A stretch of 23,611 bases of DNA from Coprobacillaceae bacterium. Its GTDB lineage: Bacteria; Bacillota_I; Bacilli_A; Erysipelotrichales; Coprobacillaceae. The notes under the pieces were generated by a model that ran no database searches, had not been told where the DNA came from, and worked only from the letters and a program-made list of their open reading frames with translations. The stretch's first letter is position 1, and the number at the start of each line of letters is the position of its first letter. This document shows positions 6,321 to 18,853 of this stretch, piece by piece. Both the position numbers and the translations under genes were made by a program. The stretch is taken from NCBI GenBank assembly GCA_047973105.1, contig JBKEBJ010000327.1, positions 1 to 23,611 of the forward strand. The letters run 5' to 3'.

Positions 6321-6683
6321 TTATACTAAAGCAATAATTGCCATTGGTGCATTATCACCTTTACGGTTATAAGTTTTTAAAATACGAGTATAACCACCAG
6401 TAGTATCTTTATAATTTGGTGCAACATCATCAAATAATTTTTGAACAGCTGTTTTTCCTGATTCTTGATCAACTACTTTATGTAAAACAGCAGCAGCTTG
6501 TCTTCTTGCATGCAAGTCACCACGTTTACCTAAAGTAATTAACTCTTCAACTACAGAGCGAACTTCTTTAGCTCTTGTTTCAGTAGTTTCTAATTTCCCA
6601 TTCATAATTACTTCTGTTGCTAAACTACGTAACATAGATTTTCTAATATCTGATGTACGTCCTAATTTTCTATTTTTAGCCAT
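6321..6683 (-). CDS. rplQ: 50S ribosomal protein L17
   Basis: [21 protein letters not shown]...[12 protein letters not shown] is a clear L17. Confidence 0.95.
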   Translation of the reverse strand: MAKNRKLGRTSDIRKSMLRSLATEVIMNGKLETTETRAKEVRSVVEELITLGKRGDLHARRQAAAVLHKVVDQESGKTAVQKLFDDVAPNYKDTTGGYTRILKTYNRKGDNAPMAIIALV

Positions 6684-6713
6684 GAGATTAGCGCTCCTTC
6701 CTGAATGTTAGAA

Positions 6714-7658
6714 TTAATCAATAGGTTTAAACCCTAATCCTAATTCAACTAATTTTTCTTTTACTTCTTTTAATGATTTCTTACCTAAGTTTCTAACTTT
6801 GATCATATCATCTTCAGACTTAGCAGCAAGATCTTGAACAGTTTGAATGCCTGCTCTTTTTAAACAGTTGTATGAACGTACTGATAAATCCAATTCTTCA
6901 ATCGTCATATCAAGTACTTTATTAGTAGTATCATTTTGTGCTTCTGACATTACTTCCATGTTCATCGCTACATCTGTCAATTCAACAAACATATTCAAAT
7001 GTTCAACTAAAATTTTTGCAGCTAATGAAATCGCTTCATAAGGTTTCAATGAACCATTTGTTTCAATTTCTAATGTTAACTGATCATATTTAGCACTTTC
7101 CCCAACTCTAGTTGGTTCAGTTTCATAAGATACTTTTTCAATTGGTGAATAAATTGAATCTGTTGGAATTACACCGATAGTAGTAATATCTTTCTTATTT
7201 TGATCAGCACTGATATATCCACGATCTTTTTTAGCATATAATTCCATGTATAAGTGAGCACCTTCTGCAACATGAGCGATTACTAAATCATTAGATATCA
7301 TTGTTACATCTGATGGGCATTGAATGTCAGCACCTGTTACAGTAGCAGGTCCTTTAACATCAATAATCATTGTAGCTGATTCTTCACTATCTACATCAAA
7401 AACTAATTTTTTAAGATTTAAGATAATTCCAGTAACATCTTCAATAACACCATCCACAGCAGAAAATTCATGGATAGCTCCTTGAATCTTAACAGCATAT
7501 ACTGCAGAACCTGGTAATGATGATAGTAATACTCTTCTAAGAGCATTTCCTAATGTTGTACCAAATCCTCTTTCTAAAGGTTCAATAACAAATTTACCAT
7601 AATTATCTGATTCATCATAATTAGCTATATTAAAATTCGCTTTTTCAAATTTTTGCAT
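6714..7658 (-). CDS. rpoA: DNA-directed RNA polymerase subunit alpha
   Basis: The N-terminal domain [26 protein letters not shown] and the alpha-CTD are present. The real start is ATG 7658 (GGAGGA RBS). The tracked 7673 is a GTG. Confidence 0.95.
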   Translation of the reverse strand: MQKFEKANFNIANYDESDNYGKFVIEPLERGFGTTLGNALRRVLLSSLPGSAVYAVKIQGAIHEFSAVDGVIEDVTGIILNLKKLVFDVDSEESATMIIDVKGPATVTGADIQCPSDVTMISNDLVIAHVAEGAHLYMELYAKKDRGYISADQNKKDITTIGVIPTDSIYSPIEKVSYETEPTRVGESAKYDQLTLEIETNGSLKPYEAISLAAKILVEHLNMFVELTDVAMNMEVMSEAQNDTTNKVLDMTIEELDLSVRSYNCLKRAGIQTVQDLAAKSEDDMIKVRNLGKKSLKEVKEKLVELGLGFKPID

Positions 7659-7702
7659 CTTTTTCCTCCTCACTAGGAATTAATTTATTTTCATACTAAT
7701 TC

Positions 7703-8095
7703 TTATCCACGAGGACGTTTTGGTGGACGACACCCATTATGTGGAATTGGAGTAACATCATTAATAGCTGTTACTTCTAAGCCTGCAGCTTGTAATGATC
7801 TAACTGCAGCTTCACGTCCAGGACCAGGACCTTTAACATTAACTTCAACTGTTTTTACACCATGATCCATTGCAGCTTTTGCAGCTGCTTCAGCAGCCAT
7901 ACCTGCAGCAAATGGTGTTGATTTCTTTGAACCTTTGAAACCAAGTGCACCAGCGCTAGACCATGTTAATACATTTCCATGTTCGTCACTAACAGTAACA
8001 ATAGTATTATTGAAAGTTGAATGTACATGTGCTACACCTTTTGCTATATTCTTTTTGACACGTCTTTTACCACGTGTTTGTTTAACTTTTGCCAT
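7703..8095 (-). CDS. rpsK: 30S ribosomal protein S11
   Basis: [10 protein letters not shown]...[13 protein letters not shown] is S11. Confidence 0.95.
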   Translation of the reverse strand: MAKVKQTRGKRRVKKNIAKGVAHVHSTFNNTIVTVSDEHGNVLTWSSAGALGFKGSKKSTPFAAGMAAEAAAKAAMDHGVKTVEVNVKGPGPGREAAVRSLQAAGLEVTAINDVTPIPHNGCRPPKRPRG

Positions 8096-8112
8096 TGTTT
8101 CAACCTCCTATC

Positions 8113-8478
8113 CTATTTCTTTTTACCAGCGACTGGTCTTGCTTTTCCTTTACGAGTACGAGCCTTAGTTTTAGTTTTTTGCCCACGTACAGGAAGACCT
8201 CTACGATGACGGATTCCTCTGTAACTTCCGATTTCCATTAAACGTTTAATATTTAATGCAACATCTCTACGAAGATCTCCTTCAACTTTAAATGTTTCTA
8301 CTTCTTTTCTTATTTTAGTTACTTCATCTTCAGTTAAATCTTTAACTCTTACGTCTTCGCTAATACCAACTTTGCTTAAGATTTCTTGAGCTCTTGGTTT
8401 ACCAATTCCGTAAACATAAGTTAATGAGATAACTACACGTTTGTCACGTGGTATATCAACTCCAGCAATACGAGCCAT
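8113..8478 (-). CDS. rpsM: 30S ribosomal protein S13
   Basis: [26 protein letters not shown] is S13. Confidence 0.95.
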   Translation of the reverse strand: MARIAGVDIPRDKRVVISLTYVYGIGKPRAQEILSKVGISEDVRVKDLTEDEVTKIRKEVETFKVEGDLRRDVALNIKRLMEIGSYRGIRHRRGLPVRGQKTKTKARTRKGKARPVAGKKK

Positions 8479-8493
8479 ATTTTTTCCTCCTAA

Positions 8494-8607
8494 TTAACCT
8501 TGTCTTTGTTTGTGTTTTGGGTTTTCACAAATAATCATTACTCGCCCTTTACGTTTAATTACTCTGCATTTATCACACATCGGTTTTACAGATGGTCTTA
8601 CTTTCAT
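8494..8607 (-). CDS. rpmJ: 50S ribosomal protein L36 (37 aa, zinc-ribbon type), absent from the ORF track
   Basis: The reverse-complement translation is [37 protein letters not shown]. An AGGAGG RBS is present. Confidence 0.9.
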   Translation of the reverse strand: MKVRPSVKPMCDKCRVIKRKGRVMIICENPKHKQRQG

Positions 8608-8639
8608 AATTCTACCTCCTTTTGGAAGATTATTTTTGA

Positions 8640-8861
8640 CTATTTATGTCTAAACGTAATTCGCCCACGTGTTAAATCGTATGGAGAAATTTCAACTGTA
8701 ACCCTATCCCCCGGTAAAATGCGAATGTAGTGCATACGGATTTTACCAGAAACGTGAGCAAGGATTTCTACTCCATTCTCTAATGCTACTCTAAACATTG
8801 CATTTGGTAATGTTTCTAATACAGTAGCTTCTACTTCAATAACGTCATCTTTTTTTGCCAT
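8640..8861 (-). CDS. infA: Translation initiation factor IF-1
   Basis: [30 protein letters not shown]...RGRITFRHK is IF-1. Confidence 0.95.
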   Translation of the reverse strand: MAKKDDVIEVEATVLETLPNAMFRVALENGVEILAHVSGKIRMHYIRILPGDRVTVEISPYDLTRGRITFRHK

Positions 8862-8879
8862 AGATTTCCAACTCCTTAA

Positions 8880-9626
8880 TTAAAGTTTTGTAAGAATTTC
8901 ACAACCATTATCAGTAATGATAAGAGTGTGTTCATAATGTGCTGCTAAAGAGCGATCCAGTGTTACAACTGTCCAATCATCATCAAGCACTTCTGTTTCA
9001 CATCCACCTAAATGAGCCATTGGTTCAATTGCCAAAGCCATTCCAGATTTCAGTCTTGGTCCTTTTCCAGGTTCCCCATAATTAGGAACCGCAGGATCCT
9101 CATGGACCTGTGTACCAATACCGTGACCTGTATAGTCTCTAGGTGTTGTACAATCATTTGATTCTAAATAGACTTGAATAGCGTGAGAAATATCTGATAA
9201 TCGATTTCCAGGTTTTACTTGTTCTAATCCTGCATATAGTGACTTTTCACAAACATCCATTAGTTTTTTTGCTTCATCACTAACATTTCCAACAGCATAT
9301 GTCCAAGCGCTATCGCCATGATACCCCTTGTAACAAGCTCCAACATCCACTGAAATAATATCACCATCTTTTAATTTTACATCATTTGGTATTCCATGTA
9401 CGACAACTTCATTAATTGATGTGCATACACTATTTGGAAAACCATATAAATGAAGAAACGATGGAGTTGCATTATTATCACGAATTACTTTTTCACAGAT
9501 TTCATCAATCTCATTAGTAGTGATTCCTGGGATAATTACATCTTTCAATTTTTGATGTACTAAAGCAACTATTCTTCCAGCTTCTCTCATCAATTCAATT
9601 TCTCTTTGATCTTTAGTAACAATCAT
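8880..9626 (-). CDS. map: Methionine aminopeptidase type I
   Basis: It has the MetAP fold and metal ligands. The position between adk and infA is the expected one. Confidence 0.9.
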   Translation of the reverse strand: MIVTKDQREIELMREAGRIVALVHQKLKDVIIPGITTNEIDEICEKVIRDNNATPSFLHLYGFPNSVCTSINEVVVHGIPNDVKLKDGDIISVDVGACYKGYHGDSAWTYAVGNVSDEAKKLMDVCEKSLYAGLEQVKPGNRLSDISHAIQVYLESNDCTTPRDYTGHGIGTQVHEDPAVPNYGEPGKGPRLKSGMALAIEPMAHLGGCETEVLDDDWTVVTLDRSLAAHYEHTLIITDNGCEILTKL

Positions 9627-10273
9627 TACTTACCCTCCAGGCTTTTCTTGATTTCATCAAAGACGTCTTCCATAGATTGATCACCATTTATATTAGTGAT
9701 TTCACCTTTCATTGTATAATAATCAATTAAAGGTGCAGTTTGTTTTGTATACGTATCAAGCCTAACTTTGACAGCTTCTTCACTTTCATCAGGACGTTGA
9801 TACAATTCTCCACCACATTTATCGCAAACATCTGCTTGCTTAGGTGGATTAAATTCTATATGGTAAGTAGCTCCACATTCTTTACAAGTTCTTCTTCCAG
9901 AAAGTCGCTTAGTCAATTTATCAAAATCAACATCTAAGTTTAACACTGCATTGATTCGAAATTTGTATTCTTTTGCAATACTTTCTAATTCTCTTGCTTG
10001 AATAATTGTTCGTGGAAACCCATCCAAAATGAACCCATTAGGAAATTCATTTTCTTTTAAATAATCACGTACCATCGCAATAGTATAGTCATCTGGTACT
10101 AAATGACCAAATTGAATGAAATATTTCGCAATAACTCCATATTTTGTTTGTTCCTTCAAGGCTTTTCTAAAGATATCTCCTGTTGAGATATGTGCACAAC
10201 CGTATTCTTTTACAAGATTAGCCGCTTGTGTTCCTTTCCCAGCACCAGGAGGACCCATTAAAATAATATTCAT
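9626..10273 (-). CDS. adk: Adenylate kinase (zinc-lid type)
   Basis: The P-loop is [10 protein letters not shown]. The lid carries CKECG...CDKCG. Confidence 0.95.
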   Translation of the reverse strand: MNIILMGPPGAGKGTQAANLVKEYGCAHISTGDIFRKALKEQTKYGVIAKYFIQFGHLVPDDYTIAMVRDYLKENEFPNGFILDGFPRTIIQARELESIAKEYKFRINAVLNLDVDFDKLTKRLSGRRTCKECGATYHIEFNPPKQADVCDKCGGELYQRPDESEEAVKVRLDTYTKQTAPLIDYYTMKGEITNINGDQSMEDVFDEIKKSLEGK

Positions 10274-10292
10274 GTTTTGCTCCTTTCCTATA

Positions 10293-11597
10293 CTATCGAC
10301 GAATGTAGCCGTGATACTCTTTTCTAGTAATATGCGTTTTAATTTGTTTCACTGTTTCCAATGCAACTCCAGTAATAATGATTAATCCTGTTCCACCTAA
10401 CTGTAATGTATTGTTTTGTGTTTGGGACCATAATACTGGTGTAATAATAGGAATAGCCGCAATAATTACTAAGAATAATGTACCAACAACTGTAACACGA
10501 TTAAGAACTTTCTTAATATAATTTTCTGTATCAACACCTGTTCTAACACCAGGAATTGAACCACCATTTTTCTTAAGATCAGTACTAATTTTATTTGCAT
10601 CAATTTGTAAATTCGAATAAAAGAATGCGAATAAGATTATTAATACAATATATAATGCAAATCCAAATGGTTCTTTTTGAAAATCAAATAAAGAATTTAT
10701 AAATGTTGTTGTATCCGTTGTTTTCATAAAACTTATAACGGTTCTAGGAGCCGCCATTACTGATGATGCAAAGATAACTGGTATAACACCTGCACTATTA
10801 ATTTTAATAGGCATATGTGTTTGATCTTTAGTACGCATAGTAGTATTTGAACTTGTTGCATACATAATTGGAATCTTTCTCGTTGCTCCCTCATTGAAAA
10901 CAACAAAGATAACAATCATTAAGTATACAATTACAAATAGTACATACCAGGCTACATCCATAGCTACTGCCATCGCTCCACCACTATAACTAACTAAGTT
11001 ATCATAAGCAGTAAGGAAACTTGTTGGCATACTTGACACAATTCCTGTAAAGATTAATAATGATACACCATTACCAATACCCTTGTTTGTAATTTGATCT
11101 CCTAACCAGATAGCTAACATACTACCAGCTATCATGATAATTACTACATAAACATATGACCAGATATCAGAGTTCCCAAGAATCCCATACCCTTTATCAA
11201 ATGTATATGTTAACACACCACCTTGTAACCCAGCTAAAGCTAAAGTAATATAACGAGTTACACGGTCTTTTTTCTTTTTACCTGTATTTCCTTCTTTAGT
11301 CCATTGAGATAAAACTGGAATAACATCCATAGAAAGTAACTCAATGATAATAGAAGAAGTGATGTAAGGTGATACACCTAATGCAAAAAGTGAGAATCTT
11401 TCTAATGTTCCCCCACCAAGCATATTCATAATTCCAAATATACCTGATGTTGCATCAGTAGAACTGACAGCATCCATATTAATTCCAGGAACAGTAATTG
11501 CTGATCCTAAACGGAATACAAATAATATTCCCAAAGTGAATATTATTTTTTGTCTAAGTTCTCCCTTTCTGAATACATTTCTCAAGAATGCAAACAT
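10293..11597 (-). CDS. secY: Protein translocase subunit SecY
   Basis: A 434-aa polytopic membrane protein sits in the conserved position after rplO. Confidence 0.95.
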   Translation of the reverse strand: MFAFLRNVFRKGELRQKIIFTLGILFVFRLGSAITVPGINMDAVSSTDATSGIFGIMNMLGGGTLERFSLFALGVSPYITSSIIIELLSMDVIPVLSQWTKEGNTGKKKKDRVTRYITLALAGLQGGVLTYTFDKGYGILGNSDIWSYVYVVIIMIAGSMLAIWLGDQITNKGIGNGVSLLIFTGIVSSMPTSFLTAYDNLVSYSGGAMAVAMDVAWYVLFVIVYLMIVIFVVFNEGATRKIPIMYATSSNTTMRTKDQTHMPIKINSAGVIPVIFASSVMAAPRTVISFMKTTDTTTFINSLFDFQKEPFGFALYIVLIILFAFFYSNLQIDANKISTDLKKNGGSIPGVRTGVDTENYIKKVLNRVTVVGTLFLVIIAAIPIITPVLWSQTQNNTLQLGGTGLIIITGVALETVKQIKTHITRKEYHGYIRR

Positions 11598-11598
11598 T

Positions 11599-12039
11599 TT
11601 AGATCACCTCAGTTTTCCCACCTGCAGCTTCAATTGCAGCGATAGCAGATTTAGAAAATTTATGTGCTTTAATAGTTAAGGCTTTATCAATTTTTCCATT
11701 ACCTAAAACCTTAATACCATCTAATTCCTTTTTAATAATCCCAGCTTCTTTTAAAGATTTTGGGCATACTTCTGTTCCTGCTTCAAATGTATTTAATTGT
11801 TCTAAATTAACAATTGCATACTCCGTTCTATTGAAGTTAGTAAATCCACGTTTTGGTAAACGCATGAATAATGGTGTTTGTCCCCCTTCAAATCCAGGTT
11901 TTTTTCCACCACCAGATCTAGAGTTTTGACCTTTTTGACCTCTACCTGCTGTTTTACCAGTTCCAGAACTTGTTCCACGTCCAACACGTTTTCTTGCTTT
12001 ACGCGCACCTTCTGTATATTGTAATTCGTGTAGTTTCAT
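11599..12039 (-). CDS. rplO: 50S ribosomal protein L15
   Basis: [34 protein letters not shown] is L15. Confidence 0.95.
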   Translation of the reverse strand: MKLHELQYTEGARKARKRVGRGTSSGTGKTAGRGQKGQNSRSGGGKKPGFEGGQTPLFMRLPKRGFTNFNRTEYAIVNLEQLNTFEAGTEVCPKSLKEAGIIKKELDGIKVLGNGKIDKALTIKAHKFSKSAIAAIEAAGGKTEVI

Positions 12040-12050
12040 GTTTACACCTC

Positions 12051-12236
12051 CTATTTCTCTTCTACTTTGATTAGGTGTTCAACGACTTTAATCATACCTT
12101 GAGTAAATTCGTTGTTTGGTTTTTCTACTGTTTTATTTACTTTTGTTAATCCTAACGCTTTAAGTGTTGCTCTTTGTTTTGGTAGACAACCAATAGGGCT
12201 CTTTTTAAGCGTTATACTTATTGTTTTATTTGCCAT
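12051..12236 (-). CDS. rpmD: 50S ribosomal protein L30
   Basis: A 61-aa L30 sits between rpsE and rplO. Confidence 0.9.
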   Translation of the reverse strand: MANKTISITLKKSPIGCLPKQRATLKALGLTKVNKTVEKPNNEFTQGMIKVVEHLIKVEEK

Positions 12237-12248
12237 GTTAATTGTCTC

Positions 12249-12833
12249 CTATCCAAAAATTTCTTCTACTTTTTTATCTCTTAATTCAGCTACCTCATTA
12301 ACAGTTTTCAATGATGCTAAACCTTGCATTGTAGCTCTTACCATGTTAATTGGCGTTCTTGAACCTAATGACTTAGATAAAATATCACTATATCCAGCTA
12401 ATTCTACAACCGCACGAACAGGTCCTCCAGCGATGATTCCAGTACCTTGGGCAGCAGGTTTAATAAAAATTCTACCTGATCCATAAATACCAGTAACTTC
12501 ATGAGGAATTGTTCCATGAATTGAAGGAACTTTGATTACGTTTCTCTTAGCATTTTCAGATGCTTTACGAATTGCATCAGGTACTTCGTTAGCTTTACCT
12601 GTACCGAATCCAACTCTTCCTTTTTTATCACCAATAACCACTAATGCAGCAAAGCGGAATTTACGTCCACCCTTAACAACTTTAGTTACACGGTTAATGG
12701 TAACAACACGTTCTTCAAATTCTTTTTCTTCTCTTCTTGGTGCGTTTCTTCTAGGTCCTTTTCTAGGTCCATTATTTCTAGGTCCGTTATTATTTCTTGG
12801 ACCAGTATTAGCTCTTGGTTTACGTTGTTCCAT
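12249..12833 (-). CDS. rpsE: 30S ribosomal protein S5, with an N-terminal R/P/N/G-rich extension of about 28 aa
   Basis: The S5 core is [28 protein letters not shown]. The N-terminus [36 protein letters not shown] is an extra low-complexity segment. Confidence 0.93.
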   Translation of the reverse strand: MEQRKPRANTGPRNNNGPRNNGPRKGPRRNAPRREEKEFEERVVTINRVTKVVKGGRKFRFAALVVIGDKKGRVGFGTGKANEVPDAIRKASENAKRNVIKVPSIHGTIPHEVTGIYGSGRIFIKPAAQGTGIIAGGPVRAVVELAGYSDILSKSLGSRTPINMVRATMQGLASLKTVNEVAELRDKKVEEIFG

Positions 12834-12845
12834 ATTGACCTCCTT

Positions 12846-13202
12846 CTAGAATTTTAATCCAGCTTCTCTAGCAGCTTCTGCTAAAGCTTTCACACGACCA
12901 TGATAGATATATCCACCACGATCAAACACTACATTTTCAATTTTCTTTTCTTGTGCTTTTTTAGCAACTTCTGCTCCTACTGCACTTGCAGCGGCAATAT
13001 TTGATCCATTTTCTAATTTCATATCAACGCTTGATGCGCTAGCTAAAGTCACACCATTTACATCATCGATGATTTGCGCGTGAATATGAGCATTAGAACG
13101 GAACACGTTTAATCGTGGACATTCAGGAGTTCCACTAATTTTAGTACGTACTCTAGCATGACGTTTTAAACGTACATCATTACGAGATTTTTGTTTAGCC
13201 AT
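12846..13202 (-). CDS. rplR: 50S ribosomal protein L18
   Basis: The L18 signature and gene order match. Confidence 0.93.
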   Translation of the reverse strand: MAKQKSRNDVRLKRHARVRTKISGTPECPRLNVFRSNAHIHAQIIDDVNGVTLASASSVDMKLENGSNIAAASAVGAEVAKKAQEKKIENVVFDRGGYIYHGRVKALAEAAREAGLKF

Positions 13203-13229
13203 GATTTAATAGCTCCTTTCTCTAGCTAA

Positions 13230-13775
13230 CTACTTCTTACCAGCAGTTTTACCTTCTTTTCTAATAATTCTTTCGCCAACATATTTAATTCCTTTACCTT
13301 TATATGGTTCAGGTTTTCTTACGGCTCTAATTTGTGCAGCAATTTCTCCTACACGTTCTTTATCAATACCAGACACAACAATTTGTGTATTAGATGGAGC
13401 TTCAATTTTTACTCCTTCTTCAGGTACAATTTCAACTTGATGAGAATATCCAATATTTAATACTAAAGTATTCCCTTTCATTTGCCCACGATATCCAATA
13501 CCAACGATTTCTAATTCTTTTTTGAATCCGTTATGTACTCCTTCAATCATATTTGCAAGTAAAGCTCTAGTTGTACCATGTAATTGTTTATGAGTCTTTT
13601 GTTCACTATTTCTTTTAACAGTAATTACACCTTCATTTTGATCGATTGTAATAACTGGTGAAAATTGTTTTACTAAAGTCCCTTTAGCTCCCTTAACTGT
13701 TACTGTATTATCAGATGCGACTTCTACTGTAACGCCTTCAGGTACACTAATGATTTTATTACCAATTCGAGACAT
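13230..13775 (-). CDS. rplF: 50S ribosomal protein L6
   Basis: [19 protein letters not shown] is L6. Confidence 0.95.
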   Translation of the reverse strand: MSRIGNKIISVPEGVTVEVASDNTVTVKGAKGTLVKQFSPVITIDQNEGVITVKRNSEQKTHKQLHGTTRALLANMIEGVHNGFKKELEIVGIGYRGQMKGNTLVLNIGYSHQVEIVPEEGVKIEAPSNTQIVVSGIDKERVGEIAAQIRAVRKPEPYKGKGIKYVGERIIRKEGKTAGKK

Positions 13776-13805
13776 CAGTTACACCTCCTGTAATTAAATT
13801 TTGTA

Positions 13806-14201
13806 CTACCAAATATACGCTAATACTTCTCCACCAACTTGTTTCGCTCTCGCTTCTTTGTCAGTCATTAATCCTTGAGAAGTTGATAAAACTACAATAC
13901 CTAAACCATTTAATACTTTAGGAATTTCATCTACTTTTGCATATACACGTAATCCTGGTTTAGAAATTCTTTTTAAATCAGTGATTACTCTATCATTTCC
14001 TCTATATTTTAAAGCGATATTAATGTTTTTAATAGGTCCTTCACCTTCAACTTTATATCCTTTAATAAATCCTTCATTTTTCAAAATTTCAGCAATATCA
14101 GCTTTTAATTTTGATGCAGGTACCAACACCTCATCATGGCGTTGTCTATTTGCATTACGGATTCTTGTTAACATATCTGCAATTGAATCTGTCATTACCA
14201 T
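13806..14201 (-). CDS. rpsH: 30S ribosomal protein S8
   Basis: [18 protein letters not shown] is S8. Confidence 0.95.
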   Translation of the reverse strand: MVMTDSIADMLTRIRNANRQRHDEVLVPASKLKADIAEILKNEGFIKGYKVEGEGPIKNINIALKYRGNDRVITDLKRISKPGLRVYAKVDEIPKVLNGLGIVVLSTSQGLMTDKEARAKQVGGEVLAYIW

Positions 14202-14255
14202 TTGCTAATCCTCCTTCCAATTCTAGGAATAAATTTATTAATTATCATTAATTAA

Positions 14256-14441
14256 TTACCAGCTTGCTTTCTTTACACCTGGAATTTCACCTTTGTAAGC
14301 TAATTCACGGAAGCAAATTCTACAAAGTTTAAATTTTCTGATTACAGAATGTGGTCTACCACAACGTTCGCAACGTGTATATTCACGTACTTTGAATTTT
14401 TGAGGACGTTGTTGTTTAACCTTCATTGATGTTTTAGCCAC
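14256..14441 (-). CDS. rpsZ: 30S ribosomal protein S14 type Z (zinc-binding, 61 aa)
   Basis: [22 protein letters not shown] carries four cysteines. Confidence 0.93.
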   Translation of the reverse strand: MAKTSMKVKQQRPQKFKVREYTRCERCGRPHSVIRKFKLCRICFRELAYKGEIPGVKKASW

Positions 14442-14457
14442 GTTTTTAAGTCCTCCT

Positions 14458-15000
14458 CTATTTTTTCTTGAAAGGCATTCCTAATTGTGCTAGTAACTCA
14501 TGTCCTTCTTCATCAGATTTGGCAGTTGTTACAAATACAATATCCATACCTCTTAATTTGTTTACTTTATCAAAATTGATTTCTGGGAAAATTAATTGTT
14601 CTTTAACACCTAAAGTATAATTTCCTCTTCCATCAAATGAATCATTCGAAACACCTCTAAAATCTCTAACACGAGGTAATGAGATATTTACCAATTTATC
14701 TAAAAATTCATACATTCTTTCACCACGTAAAGTAACTTTACACCCAATAGGCATACCTTCACGTAATTTGAATCCAGCAATTGACTTTTTAGCTTTTGTA
14801 GTTACTGGTTTTTGTCCTGTAATTAAAGCTAATTCAGCAACTGCATCATCTAATAATTTAGAATTAGATACAGCATCACCAACACCAATATTTAAAACGA
14901 TTTTTTCAACAGCTGGTGTTTGCATTTTTGAAGAATAATTGAATTTTTCCATCATTGATTTGATTACTTCAGTTTCATAACGCTCTCTTAATCGATTCAT
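14458..15000 (-). CDS. rplE: 50S ribosomal protein L5
   Basis: [22 protein letters not shown] is L5. Confidence 0.95.
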   Translation of the reverse strand: MNRLRERYETEVIKSMMEKFNYSSKMQTPAVEKIVLNIGVGDAVSNSKLLDDAVAELALITGQKPVTTKAKKSIAGFKLREGMPIGCKVTLRGERMYEFLDKLVNISLPRVRDFRGVSNDSFDGRGNYTLGVKEQLIFPEINFDKVNKLRGMDIVFVTTAKSDEEGHELLAQLGMPFKKK

Positions 15001-15015
15001 TCTTTATCCTCCTTC

Positions 15016-15354
15016 TTATTTCTTTTTCTTCTTATCAACTTCAGCACCTGTTTTTCTATTAATACGCGCTTTAGTTTTCTTGCCATTTTTATCTACAGTT
15101 ACATTATATCCTAATTTCACTGGAGCTTTGGCTTTAGAATCATAGAATGCAACATTTGAAACATGAATAGGGGCTTCTCTTGTTACAATTCCACCTTCAG
15201 GATCTGCTTGTGAAGGTTTAATATGTTTTGTTACCATATTTACTCCTTCAACGATTACTTTGTCTTGTTTCGCAAGAACTTGTAACACTTCACCTTGTTT
15301 TCCTTTATCATTACCTGCAACAACTTCTACAGTATCACCTACACGGATTTTCAT
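15016..15354 (-). CDS. rplX: 50S ribosomal protein L24
   Basis: A KOW motif (MKIRVGDTVEVVAGNDKGKQGEVL) is present. Confidence 0.93.
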   Translation of the reverse strand: MKIRVGDTVEVVAGNDKGKQGEVLQVLAKQDKVIVEGVNMVTKHIKPSQADPEGGIVTREAPIHVSNVAFYDSKAKAPVKLGYNVTVDKNGKKTKARINRKTGAEVDKKKKK

Positions 15355-15369
15355 GTTTAGTCCTTCCTC

Positions 15370-15738
15370 CTATAATACCTCTGGAGCTAATGATACGATT
15401 TTCATAAAATCTGAATCTCTTAACTCTCTGGCAACTGGTCCAAAGATACGAGTCCCTTTTGGAGATTTGTCATCTTTGATTATTACACAAGCATTGTCAT
15501 CGAATTTGATGTATGATCCGTTGTCACGTCCTACACCATATTTACTTCTTACGATAACTGCTCTTACTACTTCACCTTTTTTTACACTTCCACCAGGTGT
15601 TGCTTGTTTGACTGTACAAACAACAACATCACCGATGTTACTTGTTTTTCTATTAGAACCACCAAGGTTTCTAATTACTAGCACTTCTTTAGCTCCTGTA
15701 TTGTCAGCAACTTTCATTCTGCTTTCGTTTTGGATCAT
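15370..15738 (-). CDS. rplN: 50S ribosomal protein L14
   Basis: [19 protein letters not shown] is L14. Confidence 0.95.
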   Translation of the reverse strand: MIQNESRMKVADNTGAKEVLVIRNLGGSNRKTSNIGDVVVCTVKQATPGGSVKKGEVVRAVIVRSKYGVGRDNGSYIKFDDNACVIIKDDKSPKGTRIFGPVARELRDSDFMKIVSLAPEVL

Positions 15739-15771
15739 TTCTAAGTGACCTCCTTTCAGAAGATTTAATTA

Positions 15772-16032
15772 TTAAATAATTTCTGCTTTTTTAACGACTT
15801 CTACTAAACGGAAGCGTTTTGTAGCAGATAATGGTCTTGTTGACATGATTTTTACAATGTCTCCATCTTTAGCAACGCCATTTTCATCATGTGCTTTAAA
15901 TTTAGTTGATGATTTCACGCGTTTACCATACAATTTATGTTTTACATGTGTTTCAACTAGCACTGTAATTGTTTTATCCATTTTAGTAGATACAACTGTA
16001 CCAGTATAAACTTTACGATTATTTCTTTCCAT
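15772..16032 (-). CDS. rpsQ: 30S ribosomal protein S17
   Basis: The S17 OB-fold sequence and gene order match. Confidence 0.93.
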   Translation of the reverse strand: MERNNRKVYTGTVVSTKMDKTITVLVETHVKHKLYGKRVKSSTKFKAHDENGVAKDGDIVKIMSTRPLSATKRFRLVEVVKKAEII

Positions 16033-16043
16033 CTTGTATCTCC

Positions 16044-16238
16044 TTATTTATTAAGTTCTCTTTCTCTAATAATTGTTTTAATTCTTGCGATAGATTTACG
16101 AACTTTTGTAATACGTGCTGTGTTTTCTAATTGTCCTGTGGCTTGTTGGAAACGAAGTCCAAATAGCTCTTTTTTGTATTCTTCAACTTTCGCTAATAAA
16201 TCAGCGTTTTCTAATTCTTTTATTTCTTGAACTGTCAT
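16044..16238 (-). CDS. rpmC: 50S ribosomal protein L29
   Basis: [19 protein letters not shown] is L29. Confidence 0.93.
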   Translation of the reverse strand: MTVQEIKELENADLLAKVEEYKKELFGLRFQQATGQLENTARITKVRKSIARIKTIIRERELNK

Positions 16239-16240
16239 GA

Positions 16241-16651
16241 CTACTCACCCTTTCCAATGATTTTACATTTAATAGGTAGTTTGTGAGATGCAAGTCTTAA
16301 CGCTTCTCTAGCAACGCTTTCTTCAACGCCAGCTACTTCGAAAAGAACACGACCAGTTTTAACAACTGCTACCCATTCTTCTGGAGAACCTTTACCTGAT
16401 CCCATACGTACTTCTAATGGTTTTTTAGTTTTAGCTAAGTGAGGGAATATTCTAATCCATACTTTACCACCACGTTTCATATGACGGTTAATTGCGATAC
16501 GTGAAGCTTCAATTTGACGTGAAGTAATCCAAGCACCTTCTTGCGCTTGTAATCCTAATTCACCAAATGAAACTTTAGTTCCACCTTTTGCCTTACCTTC
16601 ATATTTAACACGATGTGGTCTTCTGTATTTTGTTCTTTTAGGCATCAACAT
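16241..16651 (-). CDS. rplP: 50S ribosomal protein L16
   Basis: [24 protein letters not shown] is L16. Confidence 0.95.
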   Translation of the reverse strand: MLMPKRTKYRRPHRVKYEGKAKGGTKVSFGELGLQAQEGAWITSRQIEASRIAINRHMKRGGKVWIRIFPHLAKTKKPLEVRMGSGKGSPEEWVAVVKTGRVLFEVAGVEESVAREALRLASHKLPIKCKIIGKGE

Positions 16652-16653
16652 GA

Positions 16654-17304
16654 TTATTTGTCCCCTTTCTTCTCAGGAAGGATTTCTCCCTTACAAATCC
16701 AAACTTTAACTCCTAATTTACCATAAGTAGTATCTGCTTCAGCAGTTGCATAATCAATATCAGCTCTTAAAGTATGAAGAGGGACATTCCCTTCAGAGTA
16801 ACCTTCAGCACGAGCCATATCAGCTCCACCTAAACGTCCTGAAACACTTGTTTTAATTCCTTTAGCTCCTGCTCTCATTGTTCTTTGAATAGCACGTTTT
16901 TGAACAGTTCTAAAAGAAGCACGATTTTCTAATTGTTCAGCAATGTTGTTAGCAACTAATTGTGCTGCAACATCTGGATTTTTAATTTCAACAATGTTAA
17001 TAAACACTTGTTTATCACCTGTCATTTTTGTAACTTGTTTTCTTAATAAATCTACTGATTCACCATCTTTACCAATTACTACACCAGGTCTAGATGTGTG
17101 AATAAAGATTGTAACACGATTTTTTGATCTCTCAATTTCCACTTTAGCGACAGAAGCAGCTTTAAGTTTCTTTAATAAGAATTCACGGATTTTGATATCT
17201 TCATGTAATAATGAAGCGAAATCTTTATCATTAGCATACCATCTTGAATCCCAATCACGATTAACACCAACTCGCAATCCTATTGGACTTACTTTTTGAC
17301 CCAT
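16654..17304 (-). CDS. rpsC: 30S ribosomal protein S3
   Basis: The real start is [11 protein letters not shown] (ATG 17304, GGAGG RBS). The tracked 17337 start would overlap rplV. Confidence 0.95.
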   Translation of the reverse strand: MGQKVSPIGLRVGVNRDWDSRWYANDKDFASLLHEDIKIREFLLKKLKAASVAKVEIERSKNRVTIFIHTSRPGVVIGKDGESVDLLRKQVTKMTGDKQVFINIVEIKNPDVAAQLVANNIAEQLENRASFRTVQKRAIQRTMRAGAKGIKTSVSGRLGGADMARAEGYSEGNVPLHTLRADIDYATAEADTTYGKLGVKVWICKGEILPEKKGDK

Positions 17305-17315
17305 AATCTGACCTC

Positions 17316-17648
17316 CTATCTTTCTGCTACCACACAAGTAATGTGGCTAGTTCTTTTTAAAATTCTTGTTCCGCTACCTTTTGCTTTAGCACGGAATCTC
17401 TTTAATGTAGGACCTTCGTCTACATAGATTTCTTTAATATATAAATTTTCTGCTTCAGCGCTATCATTAAATACAGCGTTTTGTGCAGCAGATTTTACGA
17501 CTTTAATGATTGCAGGAGTTGCACTTTTGTTTACGTATTCTAAGATACCTAGTGCTTCTTTAACTTGCTTACCTCTTACTAAGTCAACTACTAATCTTGC
17601 TTTTTGAGGGGCAACACGAATCATTTTAGCTGTTGCTCTAGCTTCCAT
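17316..17648 (-). CDS. rplV: 50S ribosomal protein L22
   Basis: The L22 signature is present. Confidence 0.93.
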   Translation of the reverse strand: MEARATAKMIRVAPQKARLVVDLVRGKQVKEALGILEYVNKSATPAIIKVVKSAAQNAVFNDSAEAENLYIKEIYVDEGPTLKRFRAKAKGSGTRILKRTSHITCVVAER

Positions 17649-17665
17649 GTTTATAATCTCCTCTC

Positions 17666-17947
17666 TTATTTCTTACCTGTTTTTTTATCATCAGCATCAT
17701 GACCATGATAAGTTCTTGTTGGAGCAAATTCTCCTAACTTATGACCAACCATATCTTCTGATACATAAACTGGTATATGTTCTCTTCCGTTATACACTGC
17801 AAATGTATGCTCAATAAATTGAGGGAAGATTGTTGAACGTCTTGACCAAGTTTTAATAACTTCTTTTTTACCAGCCGCGTTTAAAGCTTCTACTTTTTTC
17901 ATTAAATGCTCATCTACGAATGGTCCTTTTTTCAAACTACGTGCCAT
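17666..17947 (-). CDS. rpsS: 30S ribosomal protein S19
   Basis: [20 protein letters not shown] is S19. Confidence 0.95.
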   Translation of the reverse strand: MARSLKKGPFVDEHLMKKVEALNAAGKKEVIKTWSRRSTIFPQFIEHTFAVYNGREHIPVYVSEDMVGHKLGEFAPTRTYHGHDADDKKTGKK

Positions 17948-17962
17948 TTACTTCATCCTCCT

Positions 17963-18796
17963 TTATTTAGCATTGCGACGACGTACAATTAATTTAGTCG
18001 AAGCTTTCTTAGTATTTCTAGTTTTAACACCCATTGCTTTTTTACCCCAAGGTGTCATTGGAGCTTTACGTCCGATAGAAGTTCTACCTTCACCACCACC
18101 ATGTGGATGGTCATTAGGGTTCATTACCGAACCACGAACTGTAGGTCTTACACCTTTCCATCTCATACGACCAGCTTTACCATAGTTTACTAATCCGTGA
18201 TCTTCGTTTCCGACAACACCGATTGTAGCTCTACATACTCCAAGAAGTTTACGAACTTCTCCAGAAGCTAATCTTACAATTACGTAACGATCTTCTTTAC
18301 CTAAGATTTGTGCAGACACACCAGCAGATCTTGCGATTTGTCCACCTTTACCAGGTTGCATTTCGATATTATGAATTACTGTACCTTCAGGCATATTTCC
18401 CATTGGTAAAGCATTTCCTACTTTGATATCAGCTTCAGGTCCAGAAATGATTTTCATTCCAACTTCTAACCCTTTAGGTGCTAAGATATATCTCTTTTCA
18501 CCATCTACATAATTAATTAATGCAATGTTTGCTGATCTATTTGGATCATATTCAATAGTTGCTACATTTCCAATAATTCCATCTTTATTACGTTTGAAGT
18601 CAATCATACGATATTTACGTTTATGACCTCCACCATGATGGCGTGTTGTAATAACACCTTGGTTATTACGTCCACCTTTTTTACTTTGTTTAGCAACTAA
18701 AGATTTTTCTGGTTTATTTGTTGTAATTTCTTCATATGTTAATGAAGTCATATTACGACGACCATTTGTTATTGGCTTATATTTTCTAATTGCCAT
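17963..18796 (-). CDS. rplB: 50S ribosomal protein L2
   Basis: [17 protein letters not shown] is L2. Confidence 0.95.
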   Translation of the reverse strand: MAIRKYKPITNGRRNMTSLTYEEITTNKPEKSLVAKQSKKGGRNNQGVITTRHHGGGHKRKYRMIDFKRNKDGIIGNVATIEYDPNRSANIALINYVDGEKRYILAPKGLEVGMKIISGPEADIKVGNALPMGNMPEGTVIHNIEMQPGKGGQIARSAGVSAQILGKEDRYVIVRLASGEVRKLLGVCRATIGVVGNEDHGLVNYGKAGRMRWKGVRPTVRGSVMNPNDHPHGGGEGRTSIGRKAPMTPWGKKAMGVKTRNTKKASTKLIVRRRNAK

Positions 18797-18853
18797 CTTC
18801 AGTTTCCTCCTAATTTAATTGTCTGGAACGAGTCATTCCAATATTTGTGATGA

